Assembly (NCBI RefSeq): GCF_035084215.1
Contig: NC_090330.1
Location: forward strand, 12,710,001 to 12,774,000
From: Heptranchias perlo
Taxonomy: Eukaryota
Reading direction: 5' to 3'
Length of the DNA: 64,000 nt
Below the pieces are notes generated by a model that saw nothing but the letters and a program-made list of their open reading frames with translations, was not told the origin of the DNA and did not search any database. Positions within the stretch are counted from its first letter, which is position 1, and every line of letters starts with the position of its first letter. The translations under genes were made by a program, and so were the position numbers. Of this stretch, positions 63,070-64,000 are shown piece after piece.

Positions 63070-63760
63070 TACAGTATAGTAGATGGCTATTCGCCTATTG
63101 TGGGAAGTACCTATTTAGTGCCATTCTCTTTCCCTATCCACATACCTTTTCAAATTTTTCTTCAAACATTTAACCACTTTCCTCTTTCCATTATTATTCT
63201 TGTAGGGCATTTCATATCCAAACAACCCTTTTTTAAAAAAAAAATTCTCCTAACCACCCCCCCCCCCCCCATCTTTTTAGCATTGATCTTAAATTTATGC
63301 CTTCTATATCAACTCATGGACTAGTAGAAATTGTTTTTCTGGATTTGCTTCATCAAAACCTCTCGTAATTTTAAGAACCTCTATTAGATCTCCTCTTAGC
63401 CACCTTTACGCCAATGAAAAGAGCCCCAATTTCTCTAATCTCTCCTCGTGACTAAAGCCGTATCATTTTGGTTAATATCTTCTGTACCCTCTCCGTGGTC
63501 TTGCGACCCTTCTTAAAATAAGATACCTGGAACTGTACATAGTATCCTAACTGCCACCTAACCAGTGATATGCGTAGGCTTAGCATTACCTCTTCCATTT
63601 TTACTCTGTAGCTTTAGTTATAAAACTTAGCATCCCCTATGCATTTTTAACAGCTTTAACAACGTGTCCTCCTACTGCATTTTATTGCATTTATTCATTA
63701 TTTACTGTTCTTGGCTTGTTTGGTACTTCTAAAACTCAACCATTAAAGATGCTCACGAGG
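63070..63760 (-). mobile_element. Degenerate CR1 3' region
   Basis: Reverse complement of CR1 RT C-terminal sequence (acctctattagatctcctcttagcc; cctggaactgtacatagtatcc). Confidence 0.6.
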
Positions 63761-64000
63761 GAAAAACAGCTTTAAAAGGGGCAAGATCTGCAATGTTGGT
63801 CTTTTCATCTCCAGATTTTGTACCTCAGCTAAGAATTCTCAAAACTAACCAAGCAGTGCGAAATCAACTCACATGAGTCACATGGATGTGACATTTCTTA
63901 TTTTGGTCAGATGCCACCTTCTCCACTGATTCTGCTACAGGATTGCCCTGGATTACAGTATGTTTAGAAAGGTCACTGCTTAGTCCATGAAAACATGGAG

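Overview
AT-rich, repeat-dense vertebrate genomic DNA. The repeat content (CR1/HER1-type LINEs, Deu-domain SINEs, Penelope-derived ends, palindromic MITEs) points to a cartilaginous fish such as a shark; this is inference. I can reconstruct two + strand genes by hand. (1) About 1370-31307: an unnamed type-I immunoglobulin-superfamily receptor of about 490 aa with signal peptide, V-set domain, C2/I-type domain, DYDY motif plus mucin stalk, uncharged transmembrane helix and a long acidic tail built from small exons. Its V domain carries the WxWxPxxPxC...DSGxFxC signature of the platelet receptor G6b (MPIG6B). Pairs of closely spaced splice donors could switch a juxtamembrane CKC motif and an ITIM (VVYxxL) on or off. 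(2) From about 36500: the CpG-rich promoter and first three coding exons of HERC2, with a perfect donor on the opposite strand suggesting a divergent transcript. Also present are minimal hammerhead-ribozyme motifs in Penelope-type repeats, a long fold-back next to the HERC2 promoter, nested TE insertions and a 118-bp triplication. The receptor's 3' exon path is uncertain without RNA data, and no database searches were run.
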